Counted from the stretch's first letter, positions 30,485 through 40,873 are shown. The stretch: DNA of 64,000 bases from an uncultured bacterium (GCA_963721685.1 CAVRJJ010000005.1:396980-460979), one strand, 5' to 3'. Program-made: numbers and translations. Notes: a model not told the origin generated them from the letters alone.

Positions 30485-31555
30485 ATGGGGGCGATGCCAC
30501 AAAATTTGACCAGGAGGCTGGCTCAAATTACGATTGGCGCCTTGCTGATCTGTCTTATAGCGCCTTTTAGTGCCAACGCTGCTCAAATTGATTCCCGTAA
30601 GCTGACGCTTGGTACATCCAGCCCGCTGGCTAGCACCACCTATACTTTTACCTTTACGGTGCCCACAACCGGAGCACCGGTTCTCAGTTGGGAGGCCCAA
30701 ATCTGCACTACTCCATCAGGGGCATGCGTAATGCCTCTTGGGTTTGTTAACTCCAGCTCAATTAACCAGCCGACGGGGCTTGGCGATGCCAGCGGATGGA
30801 CGGGAAATACCGCTACAGCTGGCAGTCTGAGGATGTCAAACGCAGGAAATGCAACTGTACCCAGCGGCAGCCAAACGGTTACTTTTAACTCTGTTACAAA
30901 CCCAAGCACACCCAACCAGACGATTTATGCCCGAATAACTACCTATGGCGGATCTACCTGGAACCCCCCGATAATTGACACTGGTACAGTCGCGGCTAGC
31001 ACGGCTAACCAGATTCAACTAAGTGGGACTATGGATGAATCGCTGGTCTTTTGTACCGGCACCAGTATCACCGGCACTAACTGTGGCACCGCGACTGGCA
31101 ATGCCGTTAACTTTGGAACATTTTCAACTTCAACAACTCGGACCGGCACCTCGGTAATGGCTGCATCAACGAATGGACAAAGCGGCTACAGTATTACCTT
31201 AAACGGCACTACCATGACTTCAGGATCAAATACTATCCCGGCGATGGGTGCGCAATCGGCAAACGGCGCGGCCGCAGCTTCAAATGTGGGGACTTCCCAG
31301 TTTGGTGTTAACTTGCGCGCTAATGCTACGCCAAGTGTCGGGGCGGACCTGACGGGTACTGGCTCTGGTACTTACGGGACAAACTACGGCATTGCTGACT
31401 CATTTCGTTTCTTTACCGGGGATTCGGTAGCGACCGCCGCAACCTCTACCGATGCCAATGCTTTTACGGTTTCATACATCGTAAACGTAGCCGGCAACCA
31501 GCCAGCGGGAACCTACGTAGCCAATATGACCTATATTTGTACCGCTACATTCTGA
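30485..31555 (+). CDS. Secreted two-domain WxL/pilin-like subunit 3, paralogue of subunit 2
   Basis: ANA|AQI signal; QFGVNL; C-terminal QPAGTYVANMTYICTATF. Confidence 0.75.
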   Translation: MGAMPQNLTRRLAQITIGALLICLIAPFSANAAQIDSRKLTLGTSSPLASTTYTFTFTVPTTGAPVLSWEAQICTTPSGACVMPLGFVNSSSINQPTGLGDASGWTGNTATAGSLRMSNAGNATVPSGSQTVTFNSVTNPSTPNQTIYARITTYGGSTWNPPIIDTGTVAASTANQIQLSGTMDESLVFCTGTSITGTNCGTATGNAVNFGTFSTSTTRTGTSVMAASTNGQSGYSITLNGTTMTSGSNTIPAMGAQSANGAAAASNVGTSQFGVNLRANATPSVGADLTGTGSGTYGTNYGIADSFRFFTGDSVATAATSTDANAFTVSYIVNVAGNQPAGTYVANMTYICTATF

Positions 31556-31559
31556 TACT

Positions 31560-32564
31560 ATGGAAGGCATGAAAGCGCTTCGCTTAGTTATGGGAATTTG
31601 GTTATTGGTGGCGGCTGCTGCTGTCACGACGGGCTTATCGGCCGAAGCCGCCACCCCTTCTGTCACCACCTCACCCGCGACCGCCCAGGGGCTGGAAATC
31701 TCACCTCCGGTAATAGAACTCAGGGCTGATCCTGGGCAAACCCTGACGGTTCAGATTCGATTACGCGATGTTTCAAGCGGGCCCCTGGTGGTGCGGGCAA
31801 CAGCTGACGACTTTGGCGCTAAAGGCGAAAATGGGGACCCGCAAATACTGCTTGATGAAAAAGAGGCTACCCGTTACTCATTAAAGTTTTGGGTAGAACC
31901 GCTCCCAAGCTTTAGCTTGGTGCCCCAGGAAGTAAAAACCATTCCGGTGAAAATTGTCGTCCCCGCCAACGCTGAACCCGGCGGGCATTATGGCGTGATT
32001 CGTTTTACCGGTACACCTCCTGAGCTGGAAGGCACCGGAGTGTCATTAACGGCAAGCCTGGGTGCGCTGGTGCTGTTACGGGTTTCCGGCGACATTACTG
32101 AAAAGCTGGCAGTTGAAGAGTTCTATACGAGCAAAACATTGGAGAATAAGAGTGTAAAAAAGACCGGGTTTTTTGAAACCGGTCCCATCGGATTTACCGA
32201 GCGCCTGAAGAATGGGGGGAGTGTTCACGTTAAACCAGTGGGTTATGTTTCTGTTTACAATATGTTTAACAAACGGATTGCCCAGCTGCCAGTCAGCAAT
32301 CCGGCGCGCAATGTACTTCCTAGCAGTATTCGCAAGTTTGACCAACAACTTGAAACAAAACGACTTTTTGGCCGCTACACCGCCAAAATGGATGTGAGCT
32401 ACGGGTCGGGGAAGCGGCTTACTGAAACGGTCAGTTTTTGGGTCATCCCATACAAGCTAATTCTCATTGCCCTTGTAGCTATCATTCTGCTTATTGTGGT
32501 ACTCCGCCAGGGACTGAGGCGCTATAACCGGTGGATTATTAGCCAAGCATCCCGCCGGCGATAG
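31560..32564 (+). CDS. DUF916-like (WxL-interacting / chaperone-like) membrane-anchored protein
   Basis: ISPPVIEL, VPANAEPGGHYG, NGGSVHVKP, GRYTA; C-terminal TM with basic tail. Confidence 0.75.
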   Translation: MEGMKALRLVMGIWLLVAAAAVTTGLSAEAATPSVTTSPATAQGLEISPPVIELRADPGQTLTVQIRLRDVSSGPLVVRATADDFGAKGENGDPQILLDEKEATRYSLKFWVEPLPSFSLVPQEVKTIPVKIVVPANAEPGGHYGVIRFTGTPPELEGTGVSLTASLGALVLLRVSGDITEKLAVEEFYTSKTLENKSVKKTGFFETGPIGFTERLKNGGSVHVKPVGYVSVYNMFNKRIAQLPVSNPARNVLPSSIRKFDQQLETKRLFGRYTAKMDVSYGSGKRLTETVSFWVIPYKLILIALVAIILLIVVLRQGLRRYNRWIISQASRRR

Positions 32565-32606
32565 TCACTAAGCCCGGTACATAATGCTTATGCTATAATC
32601 CCAGCA

Positions 32607-33560
32607 ATGGGTATTAAAACGGGGCGGCTACACCCCCACCATCACACATCATATCCAGCCCTAGCTTTTTTACTGGTGCTGACCGCGCTGCTCTTGGCGG
32701 CGGTTAACTGGAATATTTCCGCGGCCACCCTGACGACCACGGGGAGTGTGAGTCTCAGCGGGGAAATGGCAGGACCTCCGCCCACGGCACCTCCTTCAAT
32801 CCAGTCACCAACCATGGGACAACGCTTTACTAGGACGCCGGTAAATGTTTCCGGAACATGTATAGGCGGTTTACGGGTAGTAATACTGCGCAGTAATGTG
32901 GTGGCCGGTCAAACATACTGCACCTCGGGGGGATCGTTCCAGCTTATGGTGGATCTCGTGCCTGGTGCAAACGACCTTACTGCCCGGCAGTATGATGCCC
33001 TAGACCAAGCCAGTCCCAGTTCACCGGCTGTAACGGTGTTTTATGACAAGCCCTCTGGCCCAAACGTGCTTGTTCCGGGACATCCAAATGCCCCCAAGCT
33101 AATTAATCCGGTGGTTGAAAGCCAGCCCTTCATTATTTCCAGCGCGTTCAGTGGACGCCATATCTTTCCGGAAACTGAATTCAAAATCCCGATTGATGTT
33201 GCCGGCGGGGTTGCCCCTTACGCGGTCCATATCGATTGGGGAGACGGCGGAAGCAGCTTGCTGAGCATGGCTAAAGCGGGTTCGCTGAACGCGCCCTACA
33301 CCTACGCGAGTCCTGGAATTTATAGTGTCATAATCAAGGCAACGGATGCCAATGGGGCCGCGGCCTATTTCCAGTCGGCGTTAACGGTGAATGGAAAAAC
33401 GGTTGCTCCGCCTGCAACGACTTTGCCGGACCGACAGATGATTATTTTATGGCCAATTTTCATTATTATTGGCGCGTTGGTGCTGGGTTTTTGGCTGGGG
33501 GACCGGTTTGAAAACGGACGCTGGCGCCACCGGCAGGAAAAAGCTCCCGGGCTTAGCTAA
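32607..33560 (+). CDS. Ig-like + PKD-domain membrane-anchored surface protein
   Basis: HHHTSY N-terminus, IDWGDG, YASPGIY; C-terminal TM. Confidence 0.75.
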   Translation: MGIKTGRLHPHHHTSYPALAFLLVLTALLLAAVNWNISAATLTTTGSVSLSGEMAGPPPTAPPSIQSPTMGQRFTRTPVNVSGTCIGGLRVVILRSNVVAGQTYCTSGGSFQLMVDLVPGANDLTARQYDALDQASPSSPAVTVFYDKPSGPNVLVPGHPNAPKLINPVVESQPFIISSAFSGRHIFPETEFKIPIDVAGGVAPYAVHIDWGDGGSSLLSMAKAGSLNAPYTYASPGIYSVIIKATDANGAAAYFQSALTVNGKTVAPPATTLPDRQMIILWPIFIIIGALVLGFWLGDRFENGRWRHRQEKAPGLS

Positions 33561-33611
33561 TCCGCTTACGCTTTTCTTCTTGTTCCAACAGATCATAACT
33601 GTTATGCTTGA

Positions 33612-36449
33612 ATGGTAGAAAAGTGTGTCCGGATACTACTTAAGTTAGTTGCCAAAATGTGGAGTAACAAAATCATTAAAAAAAGCTTAATAAAGCTAAA
33701 GTTTGCAGTCCGCATATTAATGGTCGGCTTGTTTGTGGTGATTGGGGGATTTCACGTTGGCAGTTTTGCGCCGCAAGCTGAGGCCGCGGCCGGCATAAAC
33801 CAGCAAATAAATTTTCAGGCGCGCTTGCTTAATTCTCAAGGTGCGACCGTTCCTGACGGGACGTATAACGTTCAATTTAAAATTTACCAGGATGGTACCG
33901 GCTGTGTCGTTAGTGGCTCATCCCCCTGTGGCGGCACGTTGCTATGGACGGAAAGCTGGCTTAACAATACGACTCAAGGTGTAGCCGTAAAAAACGGGTA
34001 TTTTTCTGCCTATCTCGGCTCGATCAGCTCGCTTGCAGGTGTTGACTTTAATCAAGACTCCCTCTGGTTGTCTCTTAATATTGGGACAACCAACCCTAGC
34101 TGTACGCCATTTACGAATTGTGGCGGAGATGGGGAAATGCTGCCGTTTAAGCGGTTTGCCTCTAATCCCTACGCCCTCAACTCCGGCAAGCTTTCCGGCC
34201 TCACCTCCTCACAGTTCGTCCAATTAGCCCAAGGCGTACAGGTGGATACCTCTACCGCCTCCTCAATCTTCATCAACAAGACCGGAGCTACCGGAAACAT
34301 CATCCAACTCCAAGACGCCGGTACCGACGCCTTTGTGGTCGGTAACGCTGGTAACACCAGTATTAACACCAACTCCGCAACCGCTTTAACCGTCCAGAAC
34401 GGCTCTAACAACGCCTTTGGCGTCGATACCTCTAACATCAAAGTAGCTATTGGACTGTCTACCGCCTCTGCTAGCTCAAGGCTAAGTGTCGCCGGACAAG
34501 GAGCCGCCAACGGCATTACCTTAGGTGACGGGGCAACCGGATCAGCCAACCTGTATGTTAGCGCCAATGATACCCTTAAGACTGATGACGCGTTTCATAT
34601 AGACACTGATGTCGCTTTAGCCTTTCGCCTTCGTGATGCAGCCGGTACCACCACCATTTTAACGGTAGATAATTCAACAGGAAACATGAGTATAGGAGCG
34701 ACAGATACTTCCACGTATAGACTCAAGGTAGTGAGCGCCACAAATACCGGAATCCAAGTCATAAACACAGCTTCCCCCAGTGCGACTTCCGGGGCTGGCA
34801 TTGTCGGCCATCTATCCTCTCTGCCCACAGCCGCCAACCAGCGTATGGGGTACTACTTGTTTGGCACTACAACAGCCAATAGTGCTGGTCTGTTAGGCTA
34901 TTCGGAGCAGGCACATAGCGCTGCCAATAAAGGTACCTATCTTAGCTTTGAAACCACCAACCTTGATACCAATACACGCGGCGAGAAGCTTCGTATTAGT
35001 GCTAATGGTAATGTAGGGATTGGCACAACGGGCACGCCATCTGCTCTTTTGCAGTTAGGTTCAGATGCTGGTACCGCCGCCAGCGGTATTATGCTCGGCA
35101 GCGGAGCTGATTTGGTAACCCTTTACCGCTCGGCTGGAGACACCTTAAAGACGGATGATAGTTTGGTGGTCGGCACTGGGCTGACGGTATCAGGCGGAGG
35201 AACCAGTATTACCGGCAACTCCACCATATCTGGTATCTTAGGCGGTGTAACGGATTTTACCCTTTCGGGCAGTATCTCCGGCGGCACAAGTTATTCAGGG
35301 TCGGCCAACATTACCTCAACCGGCGGCTCGATTATCGCAGCAACCCATACCGGCCCAGGCGCGGTGACGGTTTCGTCTGGTGGGTCAAGCGCTCTAACCC
35401 TCACCTCAGCATCGGGGACAGCTATTTTAGGTGGCACCACCAACAGCATTCAGCGTACCAATTCAGCATTAGAGCTTGATGTCGTAAATGCCGCGGCAGC
35501 TTCAACCTTAAATGTCACAAACTCTGATGGATCGCAAGTAGCCAATCTTAACGTTGAAGGCGGACTCAACATTGGTTCGGGACAAACCTACAAGATAAAT
35601 AACGCCGACATTAATTCGGCCGGTACCCTCACTAATGTTGCTTATGAGAATCAGGCTAACGTGTTTACGGCAGCCCAGTCATTGCAGCACACCAACGCGA
35701 GCGCGTTCTTAATTCAAACAAACTCCGGGGGTGCGACACTGTTAACAGCTGATACCAGTGCCATGATAATTAAAATTGGAACGGCTAGTGCCGGAACATT
35801 ATTAGGCGTTGATCTCACGGTGAGTGAAGCTGAGGTTACGACCACGCTACGCGTTGGTACTACGAGCAATGGCATGGATTTCAGCGCATCCGGGGTTACC
35901 TATTATGGGACAGGAGCCAATCTTTCCAGGCGTCTCGTGCTTTCTCCGGAATACCCCGGCGGCACTTTAAGCCCCGATACTACCAGCAACGTAGGAACCA
36001 TGACCTCGGATAGTGAACGGGCAACCGCTAATAATTGGCGCAATTACTATAACTGGGTTTCTACCCAAGCCACCAACCAAGACTATGATATTCTTGTGCG
36101 CGTAATTTTACCGGCGGATTTTGTTAGCTGGGAAACCGGCTCCTGTCCTGGAAGCGCCTGTGCCCTTGAGATTGAATATAAAACCGGGCTGGCCGCCACC
36201 ACCAACAATGGTGTCTCAGGTTTCATCTATAACGCTTCCAGTGATACGGCGATCTGCGCGCTGGCTGAAGCTGGGAGTACGAGCTGGACCAGTTTTGGCT
36301 GCACATCGGCCACCTTAGATGATGGTGGTACCGACCTGGACACCGCTGGCCAGGTCGCGGTTATACGGATCACCCTTAAGGCCAACAGCACGGCTTCCGC
36401 GGCCGCGCGGGCTGGCGATATAGTCCTAAGGTATAAGGCGAAGTACTAG
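33612..36449 (+). CDS. Large secreted fibre/adhesin-like protein
   Basis: Signal, INFQARL N-domain, repeated LYxSAxDTLKTDD, RISANGNVGIGT; Gly/Ser/Thr rich. Confidence 0.8.
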   Translation: MVEKCVRILLKLVAKMWSNKIIKKSLIKLKFAVRILMVGLFVVIGGFHVGSFAPQAEAAAGINQQINFQARLLNSQGATVPDGTYNVQFKIYQDGTGCVVSGSSPCGGTLLWTESWLNNTTQGVAVKNGYFSAYLGSISSLAGVDFNQDSLWLSLNIGTTNPSCTPFTNCGGDGEMLPFKRFASNPYALNSGKLSGLTSSQFVQLAQGVQVDTSTASSIFINKTGATGNIIQLQDAGTDAFVVGNAGNTSINTNSATALTVQNGSNNAFGVDTSNIKVAIGLSTASASSRLSVAGQGAANGITLGDGATGSANLYVSANDTLKTDDAFHIDTDVALAFRLRDAAGTTTILTVDNSTGNMSIGATDTSTYRLKVVSATNTGIQVINTASPSATSGAGIVGHLSSLPTAANQRMGYYLFGTTTANSAGLLGYSEQAHSAANKGTYLSFETTNLDTNTRGEKLRISANGNVGIGTTGTPSALLQLGSDAGTAASGIMLGSGADLVTLYRSAGDTLKTDDSLVVGTGLTVSGGGTSITGNSTISGILGGVTDFTLSGSISGGTSYSGSANITSTGGSIIAATHTGPGAVTVSSGGSSALTLTSASGTAILGGTTNSIQRTNSALELDVVNAAAASTLNVTNSDGSQVANLNVEGGLNIGSGQTYKINNADINSAGTLTNVAYENQANVFTAAQSLQHTNASAFLIQTNSGGATLLTADTSAMIIKIGTASAGTLLGVDLTVSEAEVTTTLRVGTTSNGMDFSASGVTYYGTGANLSRRLVLSPEYPGGTLSPDTTSNVGTMTSDSERATANNWRNYYNWVSTQATNQDYDILVRVILPADFVSWETGSCPGSACALEIEYKTGLAATTNNGVSGFIYNASSDTAICALAEAGSTSWTSFGCTSATLDDGGTDLDTAGQVAVIRITLKANSTASAAARAGDIVLRYKAKY

Positions 36450-38200
36450 TGCGCAGGACTAGGTTTGCACTATGGTTGAATGATTCATTAATAGCTGCGT
36501 TGTGTTTTGCGCTGGCTTTTTTCTGGCTCGGCAGTATTACCTTTTTCCCCAAAAGCGCCAACGCTGCCCCCGCCAACATGCTGCTGCTGTGGGAAAGCGC
36601 TTCGCCGCCAACTGGCTGGAGTTTTGTCAGTACCTACAATGGCCGGTTTGCCAGAGGGGAATCCGAAGCCAATGTCGGGCTAACTGGCGGTACCGCGTCG
36701 GTGGTGATTTCGGTTGCCTCAACCACGGTTGCCAGTATCTCAGATACCAGCTCCAACGGAGGCTTAAACCTTACTGCCCGTTCAGCGTCAGGCCATACCC
36801 ACGCCATTACCGGGCAGTCCACAACGGTAACTAGCACTGCTGGTACCTGGCCGCCAGCTTACCGCTCGCTTCGGGTGATAAAGCCAACCGCTAACGGTAT
36901 GAGCGGTACAGTTCCGGCCGGGGCAATTGCCATGTTTGATGATTCGCCTGGGATGCCGGGCTCTAATTGGACGCAGTACACTGACATAAATGGTAGAATG
37001 CTCATGTTAGATAGTTCGATCGCGCCAACTAATGGCGGAAATGACACAAAATCATTTACGGTTACCTGGGGAGCGTTAGGGGCTGCTTCTGGCAACCAAA
37101 ACACTGGTACCGGTGGCGGAAACTTTGGGGCAGCTACTACCCATACCCACACGGCTCCAGCCCAAACGGTAATTACCGATGCTACGCTTCCCATCCACGT
37201 CCAACCGGTTTTTGCCAAAGCAACCGTTGATACGGTAGTGCCGCCAGGCATGCTTACGTTATTTGATGGTACACTGGGTGCCGGTTGGCAGGTACAGTCG
37301 GCTAGTGGCGGCACCTATTTTCAAAATTTTCTCCGCGGGGCCGCGGCCTATAGCGCCGCGTGTGCCTCAACTTGCGCCAACACCTTTAACCAGCCAGTCG
37401 CGACGTCTGGGGCCACTGGTAACTCCGGTACCACTACCGCCCAAAGCGCAACAGATGGCAACTTGGCCGGCCCTAGCCATACTCACACCGAAAATATGAA
37501 CTTTACGGCCGGAACGGCCAACGTTCCTCAATATGTAAACTTAGTTATCGCGAAAAAGATTGGTTTCACCGCCAACAGCTACAGGTGGTGGTATGACAAT
37601 GATAACCAGAATGTGGCTACAGCTTGGGGCACGCCAGCTATTGCAGAAGCCACCCCGATCTCGACCATACCGGCTCCAAGTGACCCGCCAATTCCAACTG
37701 ATGAGTTGCGTTTGCGCACAAACATGATTGTGTCCGGCCCGCTTTTACCGGTTAGTACTATGCAGTTTAAACTGCAGTTTAAACAGGGAACCGACCAGTC
37801 CTGTGCCACAGGGAGCTGGACTGACGTAGGCGCAGGAGGAAGTGGCACGATTTGGCGTTTTGCAACATCGGGAGTTACCGATAACACCACTCTGACGGCA
37901 ACCAAGCTTTCGCCGGGCTCGGACGTGCTTGAGCTGTATTCAAAGTCAAACCCCACGGCCGTGAATCCGGCAGCTACCACCGTGAATGGCCAGACCATTG
38001 AATATGATTTTCACATTGAAGATAATGGGGCGCCTGGAGCGACCATGTATAGTTTCCGTCTAGTTGAATCAAGCGGCTTTTTGCTAGCCGCCTACAGCGT
38101 GTGTCCAACCTTGACAACCGCTCCCGATACGGGAAGCTTACTGCGCCACGGTAACTTCTTTGAGAATGAATCGGAAAGGGGGTTCTTTTGGGCAAACTAA
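36449..38200 (+). CDS. Secreted protein with three tail-collar/short-tail-fibre-like repeats
   Basis: Three P-x-G/N...W, HTH, P..Y/H...K units; C-terminal LLRHGNFF. Confidence 0.7.
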   Translation: MRRTRFALWLNDSLIAALCFALAFFWLGSITFFPKSANAAPANMLLLWESASPPTGWSFVSTYNGRFARGESEANVGLTGGTASVVISVASTTVASISDTSSNGGLNLTARSASGHTHAITGQSTTVTSTAGTWPPAYRSLRVIKPTANGMSGTVPAGAIAMFDDSPGMPGSNWTQYTDINGRMLMLDSSIAPTNGGNDTKSFTVTWGALGAASGNQNTGTGGGNFGAATTHTHTAPAQTVITDATLPIHVQPVFAKATVDTVVPPGMLTLFDGTLGAGWQVQSASGGTYFQNFLRGAAAYSAACASTCANTFNQPVATSGATGNSGTTTAQSATDGNLAGPSHTHTENMNFTAGTANVPQYVNLVIAKKIGFTANSYRWWYDNDNQNVATAWGTPAIAEATPISTIPAPSDPPIPTDELRLRTNMIVSGPLLPVSTMQFKLQFKQGTDQSCATGSWTDVGAGGSGTIWRFATSGVTDNTTLTATKLSPGSDVLELYSKSNPTAVNPAATTVNGQTIEYDFHIEDNGAPGATMYSFRLVESSGFLLAAYSVCPTLTTAPDTGSLLRHGNFFENESERGFFWAN

Positions 38201-38841
38201 GTACCATTGCTTCTTCTCGCCTATTTGGTTGGGTTGTTCCGATTGTTGTTGCTGGACTGGGTTTTGCTGCAGTCCAACCCTTGCTTACTTTTCAGGCTAA
38301 AGCGGCGGGTACCTATCGAGCTGGCGCGGATGTGGTGGCAGGGTATCAACAGGTTTATATTCAGGATACCGTGACGCTTGTAAAAACTTATATTACCAGC
38401 GGTCGACAAAATAGTTACGATCCGGAAATTGCCAATAATCAGTACGTGGCCTACAGTGTCGCTAGTAATGATGGCTCCATCCAAGTAAAGCTTTATAATA
38501 TTACGTCATCGTCCACGACTGCGATTGTGAATGACGGCACCAATTTAGACCCTAAAGTTGATCAGGGTATAGTGGTATGGAAAAAATGGGTAACCGACCG
38601 ATGGCAGATCTTTTTATATAATGGTACATCGGCTATACAGATCAGCGCCGGTAACTCATCAGCTCGGCCTGATATTGAAGGAGATCTTGTAACCTACGCT
38701 ACCAAAAATGGCTCGAATATATGGGAGTCTTATAAATACACCATCAGTAGCGGAGCAACGGTTCTGGTTAATAGCGGAAATAACTTTGCTTGGCCGCGGT
38801 TGTCGGGAATAAACGTCATATATGGCTACCGGCTCGACTAG
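38188..38841 (+). CDS. Secreted TolB/beta-propeller-like repeat protein
   Basis: Repeats of the type DPEI..YVAY, DPKV..VVW, RPDI..VTY. Confidence 0.6.
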   Translation: MGKLSTIASSRLFGWVVPIVVAGLGFAAVQPLLTFQAKAAGTYRAGADVVAGYQQVYIQDTVTLVKTYITSGRQNSYDPEIANNQYVAYSVASNDGSIQVKLYNITSSSTTAIVNDGTNLDPKVDQGIVVWKKWVTDRWQIFLYNGTSAIQISAGNSSARPDIEGDLVTYATKNGSNIWESYKYTISSGATVLVNSGNNFAWPRLSGINVIYGYRLD

Positions 38842-39668
38842 TTAAGAGTTTTGCGTTCCTCGGATAGGCGCTTACTTACGTTATCAATCTCCCGTATCAG
38901 CGCTACATAGCTTGGGTGGTAACCTTCAGCGGTTTTTATTAAGCCAACCTCGGTCGCGAGGGCTGCGGCCCGTAGCCGATTAAACTGCTCAATTGCGCTT
39001 TGGCGGGCAGACTCAGTTGCGCCTATATCTCCGCTGGAGATGGTAGTCACCAGCTGGGTGAGGCTGGTTTGGGTTTGACTAATTTGTTCCCTTAAGACGC
39101 TATCTGCGGTTTTCCCCTTGACTTGATCCAAGCCAGCTATGGCAGCCTTAGAGCGTGATGCTAAGAGCTCAAACTTTTTTGGCTTGTCGACGCGAATCAA
39201 ATCGCTGATGGGCTGGTACTCATAAAGCTTTGATACCACTTGGCTATAGGCGAGAATCGTATCAATCACGCTTTGCTGGGCTTTTATGACTTCATTTCGC
39301 GTACGTGTGAGTTTTTTAAGTTGAGGTCGAAGCGTCTCATCGACATATTGAGAAGATGGTGAACCGGAGTAAACGCGGTCTATGGTGAGTTCCGTAGGAT
39401 GCCAACTAGCTGAACTCTGAAGTGAGGAAATGATACGGCTATGTCCAGCATTAAAGTTTGACGACTGAATATCAAGACGTTGTAGTTCTTCAAGCAGCAG
39501 GCTTCGCTCTACAAGGCGCGCCCGTGTCTGCCCCAAGGTTATCTCGGTTTGCTTAAGGCTATTGCGAGCCGCAATCTGCGGATAAGGAACAAGCCAATAA
39601 TAGATACCAATAATAAGCGCCAAGATAATGACAGCCCGAAGTGCAATAAAGCTGAGCGTTCTAGCCAT
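38838..39668 (-). CDS. Membrane-anchored helical hypothetical protein
   Basis: N-terminal TM, coiled-coil-like body; TAAAAT 6 nt before ATG. Confidence 0.7.
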   Translation of the reverse strand: MARTLSFIALRAVIILALIIGIYYWLVPYPQIAARNSLKQTEITLGQTRARLVERSLLLEELQRLDIQSSNFNAGHSRIISSLQSSASWHPTELTIDRVYSGSPSSQYVDETLRPQLKKLTRTRNEVIKAQQSVIDTILAYSQVVSKLYEYQPISDLIRVDKPKKFELLASRSKAAIAGLDQVKGKTADSVLREQISQTQTSLTQLVTTISSGDIGATESARQSAIEQFNRLRAAALATEVGLIKTAEGYHPSYVALIREIDNVSKRLSEERKTLN

Positions 39669-39742
39669 GAGTCGATTTTAGCATGAGCAATATCACTCGC
39701 TAACATCGACAATAACTACAGGAAATGGCATAATACTAAGCT

Positions 39743-40816
39743 ATGAATCGCGTATTTGTCGGTCTAAGCGGCGGGGTAGATAGCTCCGTAACCGCGGCTC
39801 TTCTTCAGCAAGAAAGCTATACCGTCACGGGTGTCTATATGAAAAACTGGTCGCAGGATTTGCCTGGCATGAAATGCCCGTGGCATGAAGACCTCCGTGA
39901 TGCCAGAGCGGTGGCGGCAAAACTGAACATCCCATTTAAAGTTTATGACTTTGAGGCTGAATACCGATCGAAGGTTGTGGATTATATGGTAGCCGAATAT
40001 CAAGCCGGCCGGACGCCTAATCCGGATATAATGTGCAACCAGGAAATTAAGTTCAAATTATTCCTGGATGCTGCCTTGGCCGACGGAGCCGACGTCATTG
40101 CCACCGGCCACTATGCCCGCGTAAAGAATGGACAGCTTTTTAAAGCTAAGGATGAACAGAAAGACCAAACCTACTTTTTATACCGGGTCAGCAAAGACGC
40201 ACTTATGAAAACTATCATGCCGATCGGGGAATACACCAAGCCGGAGGTACGAAGGTTGGCAGAAAAATTTAACTTGCCGACCGCCGCTAAAAAAGATTCC
40301 CAGGGCATTTGTTTTATTGGGGTTGTTGGGATGAAAGACTTTTTGCAGCAATATGTAAGCGCCAAATCTGGTCCGATTGTGCACAAAGGGGAAGAAATTG
40401 GCCAGCATGAAGGGGCAGTATTTTATACTACCGGGCAGCGGCAAGGGCTGGGAATTGGTGGCGGCAAGCCGTTTTACGTAACTGGTAAAAACATAGAGAC
40501 GAATACGGTATTTGTAACTAATGACCCAAACGATCTTGAGCTGGAAAGTACTGAAGTCCAGATGGAAGATGTGCACTGGATAAGCGAAATTCCCGTGGCG
40601 AGCACAAAGCTTCAAGCCCGCTTCCGTCACCGGGGAGAATTAATCGACTGTGTGTTGGTTGAGGGTAATATCCTCAAGCTTAAGAAGGCGGCAAATGCAT
40701 TGGCAATCGGCCAGTCAGTCGTGCTTTATGATGGAGGTGTATGTCTGGGCGGCGGCATTATTGCTGTTGTGGCCAGACATACGCAGAAAAGTAAAAGCCC
40801 CGCTAGGCTTACCTAG
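39743..40816 (+). CDS. mnmA: tRNA 2-thiouridylase
   Basis: SGGVDS, PNPDIMCN, ATGHY, KDQTYFL and DSQGICF. Confidence 0.97.
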   Translation: MNRVFVGLSGGVDSSVTAALLQQESYTVTGVYMKNWSQDLPGMKCPWHEDLRDARAVAAKLNIPFKVYDFEAEYRSKVVDYMVAEYQAGRTPNPDIMCNQEIKFKLFLDAALADGADVIATGHYARVKNGQLFKAKDEQKDQTYFLYRVSKDALMKTIMPIGEYTKPEVRRLAEKFNLPTAAKKDSQGICFIGVVGMKDFLQQYVSAKSGPIVHKGEEIGQHEGAVFYTTGQRQGLGIGGGKPFYVTGKNIETNTVFVTNDPNDLELESTEVQMEDVHWISEIPVASTKLQARFRHRGELIDCVLVEGNILKLKKAANALAIGQSVVLYDGGVCLGGGIIAVVARHTQKSKSPARLT

Positions 40817-40873
40817 CGAGACTTAGGCAATTTAAGGACGTCCGATTCGTCCACTCAATAGTTATGAGCCTGC

